Source: Ylistrum balloti
Taxonomy: Eukaryota
Length of the DNA: 64,000 nucleotides
Reading direction: 5' to 3'
NCBI RefSeq assembly: GCF_031769215.1
Contig: NW_026781913.1
Span: 558,001-622,000 of the forward strand
Shown here: positions 23,901-51,455 of the stretch, piece after piece
Numbering within the stretch: the first letter of the stretch is position 1
Layout of the letters: every line of letters starts with the position of its first letter
Made by a program: the position numbers and the translations under genes
Notes under the pieces: generated by a model
The model's input: the letters and a program-made list of their open reading frames with translations, nothing else
Told to the model about the DNA's origin: nothing
The model's database searches: none

Positions 23901-26900
23901 ATTCTATGGTCTAGTAAGTAAGTGACATCAATTGTTTTTAGAACTTCATGACTTTGTGAATAGCTTACCAAAACATGTGACATTGGGTATGGAAATTTTG
24001 ACCTAACAAAATTATCAATGTTCTGATATGAAAAATAAAATTTGTTTGGCCTTACAGTTTCCTTTGATAAGTAAATTATAGTTATCTATGGATGAAATGG
24101 GTTTTTGCAGGTGTTGATAGAGAATGGTACATATGCAGGTCACACTGTGATACAGGAGGCAAAAGAATGGCTACTACAGGTAAGTTTTTACTTCCTAGTC
24201 TTCAGGTTTCTGATGTACTACATCTAGTAGGTTAGGGGTAATGTTTGAATTAGTATCAAATCAGTGGTATTTAATTAAAGATTTAGATCTACTTTCTGTG
24301 TTTCCTCTGTTATAAGGCAAGGCAGACCAGTCAGACTGACCAATTTCTGTAGCTCTGTATTTTTGTACCAATTTCTACACCTGTTATTTTCCCTTTTTTT
24401 TTCTTTGTGGATTGTTGACTATAATTATTTATAGTGTCAAGCTATTCTGTGTTTTCTAGTCACCGTTCGAACCTCAATCGCGCACTACTGCTGACGAAGA
24501 GCCTCATGTCTTTGCTCCGGTGAGTCAACACAAAAGAATTCCTCAGAATTATGTACCTATGTCTATTCCTCTGCTTCAAAAATAATATTGCTTATTAGGT
24601 GATGAGCTGGGTCAATTTAATAGGAGAAACCACTCCTTTCCACCTCCAACCCTCCAACCCTCCAAACTAAATCTAGAAAATGTTAATAATCTCCATTAGA
24701 GAGCTGGGAAGGGGTGGAGGGTGAGGGATGCTGTAGTTTTGTGTTGTGTCTATCCATCCTTCTGCTATGTTCTCCAAGCTCTTACCACTACACATATATT
24801 AACTATAAAGATTCTGTGATATTTGATTGAGATATTTCTTTTCCAGTGCCCTCATGATAAAAAATGCCCAAAGTTTGCCATCAAGGATTTGAAAATTGCT
24901 TGTACGTTTAGTGCCAGTTTTGAACCTCTTAAGCAATACAAGGCAAGTATAAGACCTGTGTACATAAATACAAAAGTAACTTTGTGAATAAATAACCAGA
25001 GATGAATGCAAAGCACACATCTTTTTCTTAATCAAGGTTGTCTTGTGGTGGCTGTATGAGGTATTGTAGCACGGTCAAGTTTATTTAAAAGAATTAAGGA
25101 TACTGTGATGTATGATATACATTTACAACCATTAGGAAAAACAAATTACCCGTGAAAACGTGTGTAGCCTCTGTATCCTATACCCAGAAGAACAATGAAT
25201 TATTATTAATTTGTCAGCTAGGATTGTATTAGTAAGTATATTTACATACTAGGTGAGCATGTAAAACTGTGGTATGTGTGAGTGGTCTAGGTACTGTACA
25301 GCTGTGGCATGTCCGAGTGGTCTGGGTACTGTACAGCTGTGGTATGTCCGAGTGGTCTAGGTACTGTACAGCTGTGGCATGTCCGAGTGGTCTGGGTACT
25401 GTACAGCTGTGGCATGTCCGAGTGGTCTGGGTACTGTACATGTACAGCTGTGGTATGTCTGAGTGGTCTAGATACTGTACAGCTGTGGCATGTCCGAGTG
25501 GTCTGGGTACTGTACATCAGTTACAGCTATAATATATGTATATGAAAGTCACTTGTCACAATGTATTCCTTTTTTTTTTAACCAGACTGATTTGAACAAA
25601 CTGACAACTTCATACTCATATGTGATTATGAAACGAGGAAAGGTGAACACTCCAGGTAAGTTTAGAAAAATTTTCTTAAATTTTAAACAAAAGTCTTAAT
25701 TGGTCATGAAAACATCAGAACTGTAAAATTTCAGTTATTTTACTTATTTTAAGTATCAGGACTGACTTTGTCATCATGTTTTGTCATCCATATACCACCA
25801 AAACCATAGTTCCCTGTCTGCCGTGTGTACATTTTTAACATCTTGAACTTATTCTCTTATTCAAATAATCCTGATCCTGATCAACAGATGTCACTTTTCA
25901 GGTTTGTCTGAAATCCAAGATGGATCTCATCATGGAAAAACTATTTCAAACTTTATGTTAAATTCTAAGAATGTAAATTAGCCAAAACTTTGTATAAATT
26001 ATCAAGGTCACAAAGTAACAAGGTGCTGTTATTTTCCAGTTTTTTCAAAATTTGAAATGACCACTATGGCCATCATTTTGAGATGTTAGGTTTACATGTG
26101 AAAGGTCCCAATGCTGATGCGTTGTTATTATCAGTGTTTTAGCATACCATCGGTAAAAGCTTAAATTGTTTGTATTCTTTGTTCATTGTCGAATAGCGTG
26201 CATCTTTAGACAACATAGTGACTTCTTTTTAGAAAGAAGTACTTGAACCACTAAATGTATTGAGCCTTATTGCTAGCACACTTCTTTGTACTTTGTATAT
26301 TAAAAAAATGAAATAACAAGGAAACATAATCACCATATCTAAAGTCTGGTCCACTGTATTGTTTGCCTATAGATGCGAAGTGGCCACGAATTGTCCAAGC
26401 AATGCCTCAGAATGACCACCACACACACTGTCGTATGTGTTGCCATGATGCTAGTATTAGACATTATGTTGTGAGCAAGAAGAAAACAATGAGGTAGGTC
26501 CTTGATATCATCTTTGATTGAAATGTATGACCCCAGGAAATCTCAGTGATAGAATCCTGTGAAACATTGACACCCACATTGATAGAATCATGGGACACAT
26601 TCTCACTGATGGGATCATGTGACACATTGACATTATTACTGATTGAATCATGTGACACATTGACATGATCATGTGACACTTTTCCACCGACGGGATGATG
26701 TGACACATTGACATCACTGATGGAATCATGTGATACATTGATATCACTAATGGAATCATGTGATACATTGATATCACTGATGGAATCATGTAACACGTTG
26801 ACATCACTGATGGAATCATGTGATACATTGATATCACTGATGGAATCATGTGATACACTGATGGAATCATGTGATACATTGACATCACTGATGGAATCAT

Positions 26901-27611
26901 GTGATACATTGATATCACTGATGGAATCATGTGATACATTGATATCATTATTTGAATCGTGTGACACATTGACATCCTCATGGATAGGATCATATGACAC
27001 AATGACATCCTCACTAATAGGATCCTGTGAGACATGACATTTTAAAACAGAATCACATGACAGTGACATCTTCACAGATAAGATCATGTGACACATTGAA
27101 ATATTCGCCAATAGGATTATGCAACACACTGAAATCTTCCCGTTTTGACAAAATCATGTTACAATTAAAATTTCATAAATTTTCTTTTTCCAGACCAGTG
27201 TACGAGATTGTCCGACGTTCTCATTGGGGGGACAAAATACCAATTGACCTTACAGATGCCAGCACAAAAGGAGCACTTTATTATTCTGAGGAAGGAGTCA
27301 GGTACAAAGGAACACAAAAAAGTAAGAAGAAGAAAGCTAAACCCAAACAGACATCAAAGGACTCCTTACTAACAAACTTGATGCTTGATAATTCTGATCA
27401 AATGGAAGATATTATGGAGAAGTGGAAAGAACATTTCATTCCTGCAGATTCAGAAGGAAGTGGATGTCAGTCAGAATCTATTAACTTGACAGAAGACTCC
27501 TCAGATCAGGAATATACAACAGACAACCTAAACAGTTCTGTGAAGTTTAGCAGAGGTGATTCTGTTCACCAGGACAATTTTATAGACCCTAAGAAAGATA
27601 GCCCAACTTAA
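17982..27611 (+). CDS. METTL17: Methyltransferase-like protein 17, mitochondrial (Rsm22 family), 15 exons, 589 aa
   Basis: Exons 17982-18068, 18468-18639, 19993-20124, 20613-20727, 21121-21202, 21318-21391, 22489-22583, 23007-23077, 23575-23682, 24111-24179, 24460-24519, 24847-24942 (GC donor), 25586-25655, 26373-26493 and 27194-27611; total 1770 nt, phases compatible. Features: Arg/Ser-rich presequence-like N-terminus, YLLAR, FGSGLGT, LVVSAFTL, VLIENGT, HVFAPCPH, SYVIMKRG, WPRIV, SHWGD. Confidence 0.92.
19570..19880 (-). mobile_element. 5'-truncated LINE 3' fragment (CR1/L2 group)
   Basis: Minus-strand translation WTRQAHPHTYKYIPAIKDTYKYSFFPHTTTQWNSLP matches the RTR..YSFFPR..WNSLP tail motif typical of CR1/L2 ORF2. 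Confidence 0.7.
20703..20810 (+). repeat. 62-bp two-copy duplication of the METTL17 exon 4 tail plus the GTAAGG donor
   Basis: CACTCACTTACAGAAATCTATAGA|GTAAGGCTATTG occurs twice, with donors at 20728 and 20790. Confidence 0.92.
21716..22174. repeat. 19-bp minisatellite (~24 copies) in METTL17 intron 6
   Basis: Unit AGC(A/T)GACAGACTGGGATCT. Confidence 0.97.
22743..22915. repeat. ~44-bp degenerate tandem repeat (~4 copies)
   Basis: GTACCTAGTTATACTAACCAAG(G/T)TGTAACCTACTGGTACATGTT repeated. Confidence 0.8.
23135..23270. repeat. ~65-bp degenerate duplication
   Basis: TAAGCTCACCCCTA..TATAACTTT....TGGAATATCC.ACAAATACCACAT occurs twice. Confidence 0.75.
25270..25516. repeat. 35-bp minisatellite (~7 copies) in METTL17 intron 12
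   Basis: Unit GTACTGTACAGCTGTGG(C/T)ATGTCCGAGTGGTCT(A/G)G. Confidence 0.92.
26550..27110. repeat. 30-bp degenerate minisatellite in METTL17 intron 14
   Basis: Core ACATTGA(T/C)ATCACTGATGGAATCATGTGAT; homogeneous centre with decayed flanks. Confidence 0.9.
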
Positions 27612-27634
27612 TCAATTTATTTCACACATGATAG

Positions 27635-27640
27635 AATAAA
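27635..27640 (+). terminator. Candidate polyadenylation signal of METTL17
   Basis: AATAAA 23 nt after the TAA; further AATAAA hexamers lie downstream. Confidence 0.4.
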
Positions 27641-30279
27641 AGAGAATTGTATCAACACAGTACACTTTGGTTTATATTTTTGAACTGATTCTCTTTATAG
27701 ACTGTTAATTACTGACTTGTTTCATCAAAATCTGATACTTGATTTAAGAGAAATCAAATTGTTTTACAATCAGTGAACCCCTTTTATATAGTCCTACCTC
27801 TTAGTCATAATACCCCCCTCCCAACAAGTAAAATAGGTGCCACAAAAATGAAATAAGTTTTATTTTACTGAAATTAAAGAAACAAAAACACAAAATGAAT
27901 CGATGTGATAATTTAATGGCATTATTCTTCAACATAACAATAGCACTCTCAAAGCATCCTCAGCATTCCCATCACAGAAGCATCTGTACACACAGTGTTT
28001 CTCACAAACATGCACTGCGTAGATATTCAAACTTACTATCCTACTCACGTTCTGTCATTAATTTTGGCTTTGTGCCAGGAACCATCAATTGACCTACCAA
28101 GCTTCACTGCTAAAACTCTGCATGATTTTGACACAATACAAATAAAAATGTTAACACATTTATCTTGTTCCCAATTCACATAAATTTAAGGACATTCTAG
28201 ATCTGTATCCTCCTCACCTACTGTGTGATTTCCTTCAGAAGTTTTAAAATGTACTGTATTTGTTTTATAACAATTGTGAGACGTTATTCCAATTTGTATT
28301 AATCACTCTTGTTGGTCCGGATAGAAGCTTCAAGGGGCTTACTGCAGGAAAAAAAAATGAAGACCCTGGGGAAAGCATATGTGGGCAAGTGACCCTTTAC
28401 TTTTTCATGTCAGTTTGGGTAATAGAACCCTGAACATCTTGGTGAATGCGTTACCACTGTACCCCTCCCAACCCCCCGGCCACACCTTTAGATGTTAAAC
28501 ACTGAGTGTATCTCTGAGATACAACCAGTTCCTTTGTGGCTTGTAATCTGTCTTCGACGCTTTCAGTCAAGATTTTATATACATGTAGTAAATTCTTTTC
28601 CACAATATCTATAATTTCATAAGAAATGTAAACAACAGACTCGGAAAAATTAAAAAGAATTGACTTTGCAAAAATAAGGATTGTCTTGTGCTAAAAGTAA
28701 TACACCATATATGTACTATGTTTAGCATACCATTTAGAGCAAGTGATGCTGTACAAACTTGGTACAAGTGTAGAGTAACACACTTGTGTGGGGAATACCC
28801 GGAAAATACTAGTCTCCAAACATTGCACATTCCCACACATGTAATGTCAGATATTTAGTATCAGTTATGGAAAGGCTGGATGCATTGCTAAATGTGACAT
28901 TACTTTTACCAAATGCAAGATGCAAGTTACTTTTTGCTAAATGAGAAGTGTATTTTGCTTGCTAAATGTGAATTGTGTTTGGCCAATTACAAATCTGGAC
29001 CCACAGGAAGCAAAGGGTGCACACGTGCTTCCAAAGCCATTCACATTTAAGAAATGCATCAAGCAAAAAGCAAATTGCATAGCTGTTGGCAAAAAACATT
29101 TAGCATAGTGCCCAAGACTTCCTTAATCAGAACATATGTAGTAGCATTACAACACAACCTTTATCATTCACCTCATCAATCTGACCACTGGGAACTGTCG
29201 TTGTATGTCACCATGAAAAACGGCACTAAATAATGTTACATTATAAACAAATGCTTTCAAAAAACAATCTGTTGGACGGAAGCATGATTCACAAAATCTA
29301 GAAAAAAAGGTCAATTAGAGTTAAAATATTTATTCTTTAAGAAAACAGGACGGATTGATTCTGCAGCTCAGTTAACCAGGTTTTTTTCCTAAAATAAAAA
29401 GTGAAAATTGAAAATAAACAATACTTGGATAAACTTCATCAATGATCATATTAAAATATGATGAACACTCTGAAATCTGTACTTTTGCTATCCTAGGGTA
29501 ACATAGAATGAGTTTCTTATAAAATGAAACCTTGTTTTAGGTAACTTTGATTACAGGTACAATAAAAAATTTAATATTTAAAACATAAAAAAAAAAAAAG
29601 AAAAAAAATTTGATTCCTGAAATCTGCATTATAGTAACATCATAGGAAACCCAAACTGATGAGAAATAATTGTGTTAGGTCATGTAAAGGTCATTATGTA
29701 AATATGACAATCATATCACACCTGTACATCACAGATCTATTTAATGATAAGTAAACTATCTATGATAAAACATTTAAAAGATTTCATCCCACACAGGCAA
29801 ATTGATAATCAAATTTTAGGAATACCATGCACAGTAAAGTAGATTTTGATTGGTTTTGATAAAAGTAAAGCACCAATCGGTGAGTTCTGTCAATGATCAA
29901 TTGAACATCAATATGGTGCATGAGAACATCAATATGGTGACAAATAAACACAGGAAAGAACATAAGTTTCTTTATATTTCTGACAGTAATTGATTGTGAT
30001 AATTAGAAATATAGTACACATACATAAACCCATTGGAAGTGACAGTAACCTGATGGTCACTGAAAAAGTTCAATGTTAAGAGGAAAAGTTAAATTTTGCA
30101 TTAGATACTGTATAACTATTTTCAAAAAAGGCTATTCTGATATATTTTACTGTGATTTACTAAATAAAATATCAGTTAAAATCAAAATTGTGACGATAAA
30201 TAGATTAAGTGAAGTGATTAGGCATACTTGGTGTGAGGATCAAGTGACATATGCCATCTATGATCTTCTAGGTCATCCC

Positions 30280-32303
30280 CAATGATTCCCACCATGACAA
30301 CATCATCTTGTTGGCTACCATCAATGGTTCCCACCATGACACCACCATCCTGTTGGCTACCATTAATGGTTCCCTTCATGACAATGCCATCTTGTTGACT
30401 ATCATCAATGGTTCCCACCCTTACACATCATCTTGCTGGCTACCATTAATGGTTCCCACCCTGACAATGCCATCCTGTTGGCTATCATCAATGGTTCCCA
30501 CCATGACACCACCATCCTGTTGGCTATCATCAATGGTCCCCACCATGACAACATCATCTTGTTTGCTACCATTAATGGTTCCCACCCTTACACATCATAT
30601 TGTTGGCTATCATCAATGGTCCCCTCCCTGACACTGTCATCTTGTTGGCTACCATTAATGGTTCCCACCCTTACACATCATCCTGTTGGCTATCATTAAT
30701 GGTTCCCATCATGACAACATCATCCTGTTGGCTATCATCAATGGTTCCCACCATGACAACATCATCTTGTTGGCTATCATCAATGGTTCCCACCATGACA
30801 ACATCATCTTGTTGGCTATCATCAATGGTTCCCACCCTGACACTGTCATCTTGTTGGCTACCATTAATGATTCCCACCATGAAAACATCATCCTGTTGGC
30901 TATCATCAATGGTTCCCACCCTGACACTGTCATCTTGTTGGCTACCATTAATGATTCCCACCATGAAAACATCATCCTGTTGGCTATCATCAATGGTTCC
31001 CACCCTGACACTGTCATCTTGTTGGCTACCATTAATGGTTCCCACCATGACACTGTCATCTTGTTGGCTACCATTAATGGTTCCCACCCTGACAATGCCA
31101 TCTTGTTGGCTACCATATTGTTCCCACCCTGACACTGTCATCTTGTTGGCTACCATTAATGGTTCCCATCATGACACTGTCATCTTTTTGGCTACCATTA
31201 ATGTTTCCCATCATGACAACACCATCCTGTTGGCTACCATTAATGTTTCCCATCATGACAACACCATCCTGTTGGCTACCATTAATGTTTCCCATCATGA
31301 CAACACCATCCTGTTGGCTACCATTAATGTTTCCCATCATGACAACACCATCCTGTTGGCTACCATTAATGTTTCCCATCATGACAACACCATCCTGTTG
31401 GCTACCATTAATGTTTCCCACCATGACAACACCATCTTGTTGGCTACCATTAATGTTTCCCATCATGACAACACCATCCTGTTGGCTACCATTAATGTTT
31501 CCCATCATGACAACACCATCCTGTTGGCTACCATTAATGTTTCCCATCATGACAACACCATCCTGTTGGCTACCGTTAATGTTTCCCATCATGACAACAC
31601 CATCCTGTTGGCTACCGTTAATGTTTCCCATCATGACAACACCATCCTGTTGGCTACCGTTAATGGTTCCCATCATGACAACACCATCCTGTTGGCTACC
31701 GTTAATGTTTCCCACCATGACAACACCATCCTGTTGGCTACCGTTAATGTTTCCCACCATGACAACACCATCCTGTTGGCTACCGTTAATGTTTCCCATC
31801 ATGACAACACCATCCTGTTGGCTACCGTTAATGTTTCCCACCATGACAACACCATCCTGTTGGCTACCGTTAATGTTTCCCATCATGACAACACCATCCT
31901 GTTGGCTACCATTAATGTTTCCCATCATGACAACACCATCCTGTTGGCTACCATTAATGGTTCCCACCATGACAACACCATCCTGTTGGCTACCATTAAT
32001 GTTTCCCACCATGACAACACCATCCTGTTGGCTACCATTAATGTTTCCCATCATGACAACACCATCCTGTTGGCTACCATTAATGTTTCCCATCATGACA
32101 ACACCATCCTGTTGGCTACCATTAATGTTTCCCATCATGACAACACCATCCTGTTGGCTACCATTAATGGTTCCCATCATGACAACACCATCCTGTTGGC
32201 TACCATTAATGGTTCCCATCATGACAACACCATCCTGTTGGCTACCATTAATGTTTCCCACCATGACAACACCATCCTGTTGGCTACCATTAATGTTTCC
32301 CAA
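30280..32303. repeat. 42-bp minisatellite (~48 copies) between METTL17 and ANKS6
   Basis: Unit ACCATTAATG(T/G)TTCCCA(T/C)CATGACAACACCATCCTGTTGGCT. The left half is heterogeneous and the right half near-homogeneous. Confidence 0.97.
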
Positions 32304-35220
32304 CCTAAGCTATCAGATTGGACTACAAAAGATTTATTACATCAAAGGGTTTATTCCTATGAACAGAAAATTGTAAAATTAGACAGTTGTACTGATATTG
32401 AAGACCTGTAACACCATGACACCTTATAAACAGACAATAAAATGAAACTTGTTGTAAAGATTGTAGATACTCTCTCACTATCATTAGCTCCATTATGTTG
32501 ACTGTCATTTTAAGGGTTTTTGGAGACAGAAGTATTAATGACATGAAAACCAGAAAACCAACACTAGATCTAGCCTACTTCATATCATAAGTTCTTCCAT
32601 CACTTTACACACTAAACACACATATCACATAACTAATGAGCATTGAACACTTGTAAAGCTAAGATCGGATCAGATTAAATGCATTCTTATGATTTCCTTT
32701 ATACTTAAACAAGCACTATTTACTTTTGGAGTTAAGGTAACAGAATGATTGACAGCTTTTAGACTGATCTTATTCAGTAAGATTTACATATCTTTTCAGT
32801 CAACACCGAAATTAACATTTAATTGGAGTTTTATATTGATATTTTCTTTTCTTAAGAATATACTTGTATAGTGATACTGTGGATGAGAGAGATCTTCTTG
32901 CAAATGCTAAAATTTTTTGTAGAAGTGAGAATAAAAATCATTTTCTTGTAAGAGTAGAACTAAGAAAAATAGCAAGTTTGGCTTTTGTGTTTATTTCAGT
33001 TTTTCTAATCTTTTTATCATCAAATCCACTGCAACAGAAAATATCATTGGATATCTATCATCAAATCTAATGCAACAGAAAATATCATTGGATTTCTAAC
33101 TACTATCAACAATCTCATCAGCGGTGATAAATTATGATAAGTATCCACTGTCATGGTTAATGTTCCCCTATTTACTATGGTGGTAATGCTTAAACATGAT
33201 TTGTGTGAGTTCAGGTAGTCACTTATGTCTACATATATCACCAGTGTACTAAATGTGAAAACCTATACAATATAGTGATGTGTTTACACAACTCTTTTTA
33301 ACAATCTGAAACCCTGATGTTGAACACAGTATAAACATAATACATTCAGTATTTCAATCTATGGCATGAAAACTATAAAGCTAGACATTCAAACATTAAT
33401 CATTAAAACTTTTATGGGTAAATAAAATATGTCATTAAAATTGTCATAATTAGAAGATATAATTGTCTGTGCATAGATTTCTACCTATGTATATAAATCT
33501 TTAAATTTTTATCTTGATATGGCTTGACAATATGGACGGACAACCTTGTATAAATAGGACATCAGCTGTTGTGAACACTCGGAGGCTCCAAAATAACATT
33601 GCATTATGACACAAACATATATAAGACAACTTACACATATTGGAAATTGAAACTAAAATAACATAAAACATATATTAAATGATATAAAGCTATACAATAT
33701 GTTTACATAAACTGTCATATTCCTTGAATTATTTGAATAGACAGCTATAACAGTAAGAGATATTTAAAACAAGTTCAAACATGATGTATGCAGTTTGATG
33801 AGATAAAATGCTTTGTGAATGGGTCATTGCAGATTGCACATTCCACTAGCATGTACTTGTAAACAAGTAAACAACAAACACATCAAATATTTGACCACTC
33901 GCTCCTTCCTATCTTACACTTCTCGCAGAGAGTTTGGTCTACAAACGTTTCTCTCTATTTGGACATCAAGTCACCCAAATTTCTCTGGGAGGAATAGTAG
34001 AGGGAATTTGTATTCAACAACAAAACATTACATTATTGTTTAACAATCATTTACAACCTAGCTGTAAGCCAATCATTATCTGTAAATTAATAATTTACAA
34101 CTGATACATCAACCATAATTTGTAAATCAGTCATTTACAAGCCAACAAGTTAACAATTACTTGTAGGTCATTTACATCCCACAAAAAATTATTTACAGGA
34201 AACAATTAATATTCATATGTTATACCCAATTTACATAACTCTGAAGGGGGAAAGCACTAAATATTGGAAACAAGTAATATTTTTCCCAAAATAACAGCCA
34301 CATTTCACCGAGTTTCTCTAGAAATCCTACAATGGACCCATTCTGATTTTAAAAAAGAAAACTACATAATGTCTTAGTTCAAGGAATCGATTACCAATCA
34401 AAAATCTTGTTACAATACAGAAATATACAAATAGTTTTACTGTGAGAATGAAAAAACAAGTAACTGAATACGATTGTTTCAGCAGTAAACAAATTTATAA
34501 CAGTCACTTTATTATCTGGAAAGTATTTCCAGGTGTTTATCAGAAGTTATTTTGAATCTTGGCCAGGCTAAAATTTAGGCCACATAGACTCACCCTGTTG
34601 TTCAGAAGTCCTGCCTCCTAGTGACATATAAATTGTAATATGTCATCTGTCAACAAGCAGGAGCTATCACAAGTTTCACAATACTGATTGGATATACTCT
34701 AGTAATGAGTAATATATGACTTCCAGTACACCGGTACCGGTTTATAATGTTATCTTTGGTCAATGGTCCTACAACCAGCTCTTCTTCTCCTTGAAGACAT
34801 ACAATATAATCATATGTCATGTTTTCTTCCTTCCAGTACACCTGATGATTAATCACTATTATTATGAAATCATACTTGTTTATTTCCTTAACTTTCTGAA
34901 ATAAATAACAATAAATCACTTGCTCCATCTTCAGTCACATGATCAATCATGTGATGAATCCAGCTTGGCATATGGAATGCTTATACAGTGTAATATAACA
35001 CCGGGAGTAGTCCCATCTTCTGACCTAGAGAGTATCAATGGCTGTGGATAAGCTCTTCAGTATAAGGATTCTACTCCGCCTACTTTCCAAGTATGAGTGG
35101 ATGACCCTGTCCTCTGGATTACCCTGAAATTACTCTCAGATTCCTTTCCTGAACCCTTAACAAGAGTGGACTTTGGTTAAGTCCTCATCCAGCGAAGACC
35201 ATAAACACACAAAATGCTTT

Positions 35221-50235
<15,015 letters not shown>

Positions 50236-50402
50236 GCTCGCTCTAGCCTCGTAAATTAAAAAGGAGATATTCCATTGTTAATGACATAACTTCCTGGCGA
50301 CTTCACAGTCGCTCTAACTTCCGATTACTACCCCATCGTCGCACTTTTTCCTCTCATAATGACATTTCGTGGTCTCCATGTTCGCCATATTAGTTCCGTT
50401 CA

Positions 50403-50448
50403 TGACGTCATATATATCCCATGATACCCATGTAAACAAAGCCACGTG
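50403..50448. promoter_or_regulatory. Motif cluster upstream of ANKS6: CRE, forkhead site and E-box
   Basis: TGACGTCA at 50403-50410, GTAAACA at 50432-50438 and CACGTG at 50443-50448, in a CpG-rich stretch. Motif matches only. Confidence 0.4.
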
Positions 50449-51455
50449 TTGTTATAAATATGTCACTTACATAGATATGGTCTATGATATGTATCTTATA
50501 TCTATATGTTATAGTATTGCGTTGTAGTATATTCACATTTACGTTCCTTGTGTACTTGTATCATATGATCACGGATATAGAGAAAACCGGTGATGAATAA
50601 TGTAAACTGTATTTAGTTTTACAACAAACAATACATTTCCGCTCACACTGTCAACTCTTGTTGGCCCGGACATACGCGCGCGAGGGGTCCTATTGCGGCA
50701 GGAAACTGGTACTCTGTGGCAAGCGGTTTAATTTTAATCATATTTCCTCTTATAATAATAAGGTTTTTTTGCCCCTGAAATGGAATTCTTTTTCATGAAG
50801 TCTTTTAGACTACCTGACCTCTAGTAGATAAACTAATGCTTCGATATGCCGTTTGTCGTTCTGGCATCTGACGTTCACTTTATGGGCATATTTGGATAAA
50901 CGCAATTTTATGGACACCCTTGGCAATGGGCACACTTCAAAGTTCAGACGGATAAAGTAACATATAAATAACCAAAACGTCTAGGGTGGGATAGTGGTCC
51001 ATAAAATGCTGACATGGAGCAAGAAGGAATATCAAGTTAAATCAAATGAGAATTGCACCGTAAGGATCATTCTCAGATATCAGTATCAGATACAAGACGA
51101 CCAATAGGCCACTTCCTTGACATCTTCGTAAGCCAAATTACTTCAACACGATGCAATTCGTAGGTGATCTAACCTCTGGAAGTTCATGTATGCTTTCTTA
51201 GAGTTTACTATCTATGTTTTCTCAGAGTGTACTTGATTGATTGTTCTTAAAATACACATATGCAGTAACCCTTGACAGGTGTGCATATTCATATTTGTGA
51301 TGAATTGAACAATGATCAGACATGGGTCCAGGAAGGACATTTATATTTTACGCTTTCTGACCCCAATTCTCATTTTTTCCCCTTGATTCTGTTTGTTTTG
51401 TATTTCTATATGCATATTTTTAAATAGGATTCTTAATAGGATTAATAATGGACGC

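Noticed and set aside
26464-27129. 221-aa and 175-aa minus-strand and 109-aa plus-strand ORFs
   Set aside because: They derive from the 30-bp minisatellite in METTL17 intron 14.
28720-29110. Possible MITE with TTGCTAAA/TTTAGCA motifs
   Set aside because: Terminal inverted repeats could not be aligned convincingly.
30600-32411. 603-aa His/Asn-rich ORF as a gene
   Set aside because: Almost entirely 42-bp repeat, open on both strands, with no signal peptide or supported gene structure. Kept only as a low-confidence finding.
50640-51400. CpG-containing stretch (TACGCGCGCGAGGGG) upstream of ANKS6: possible TE or ncRNA
   Set aside because: No recognisable termini, RNA family motif or ORF.
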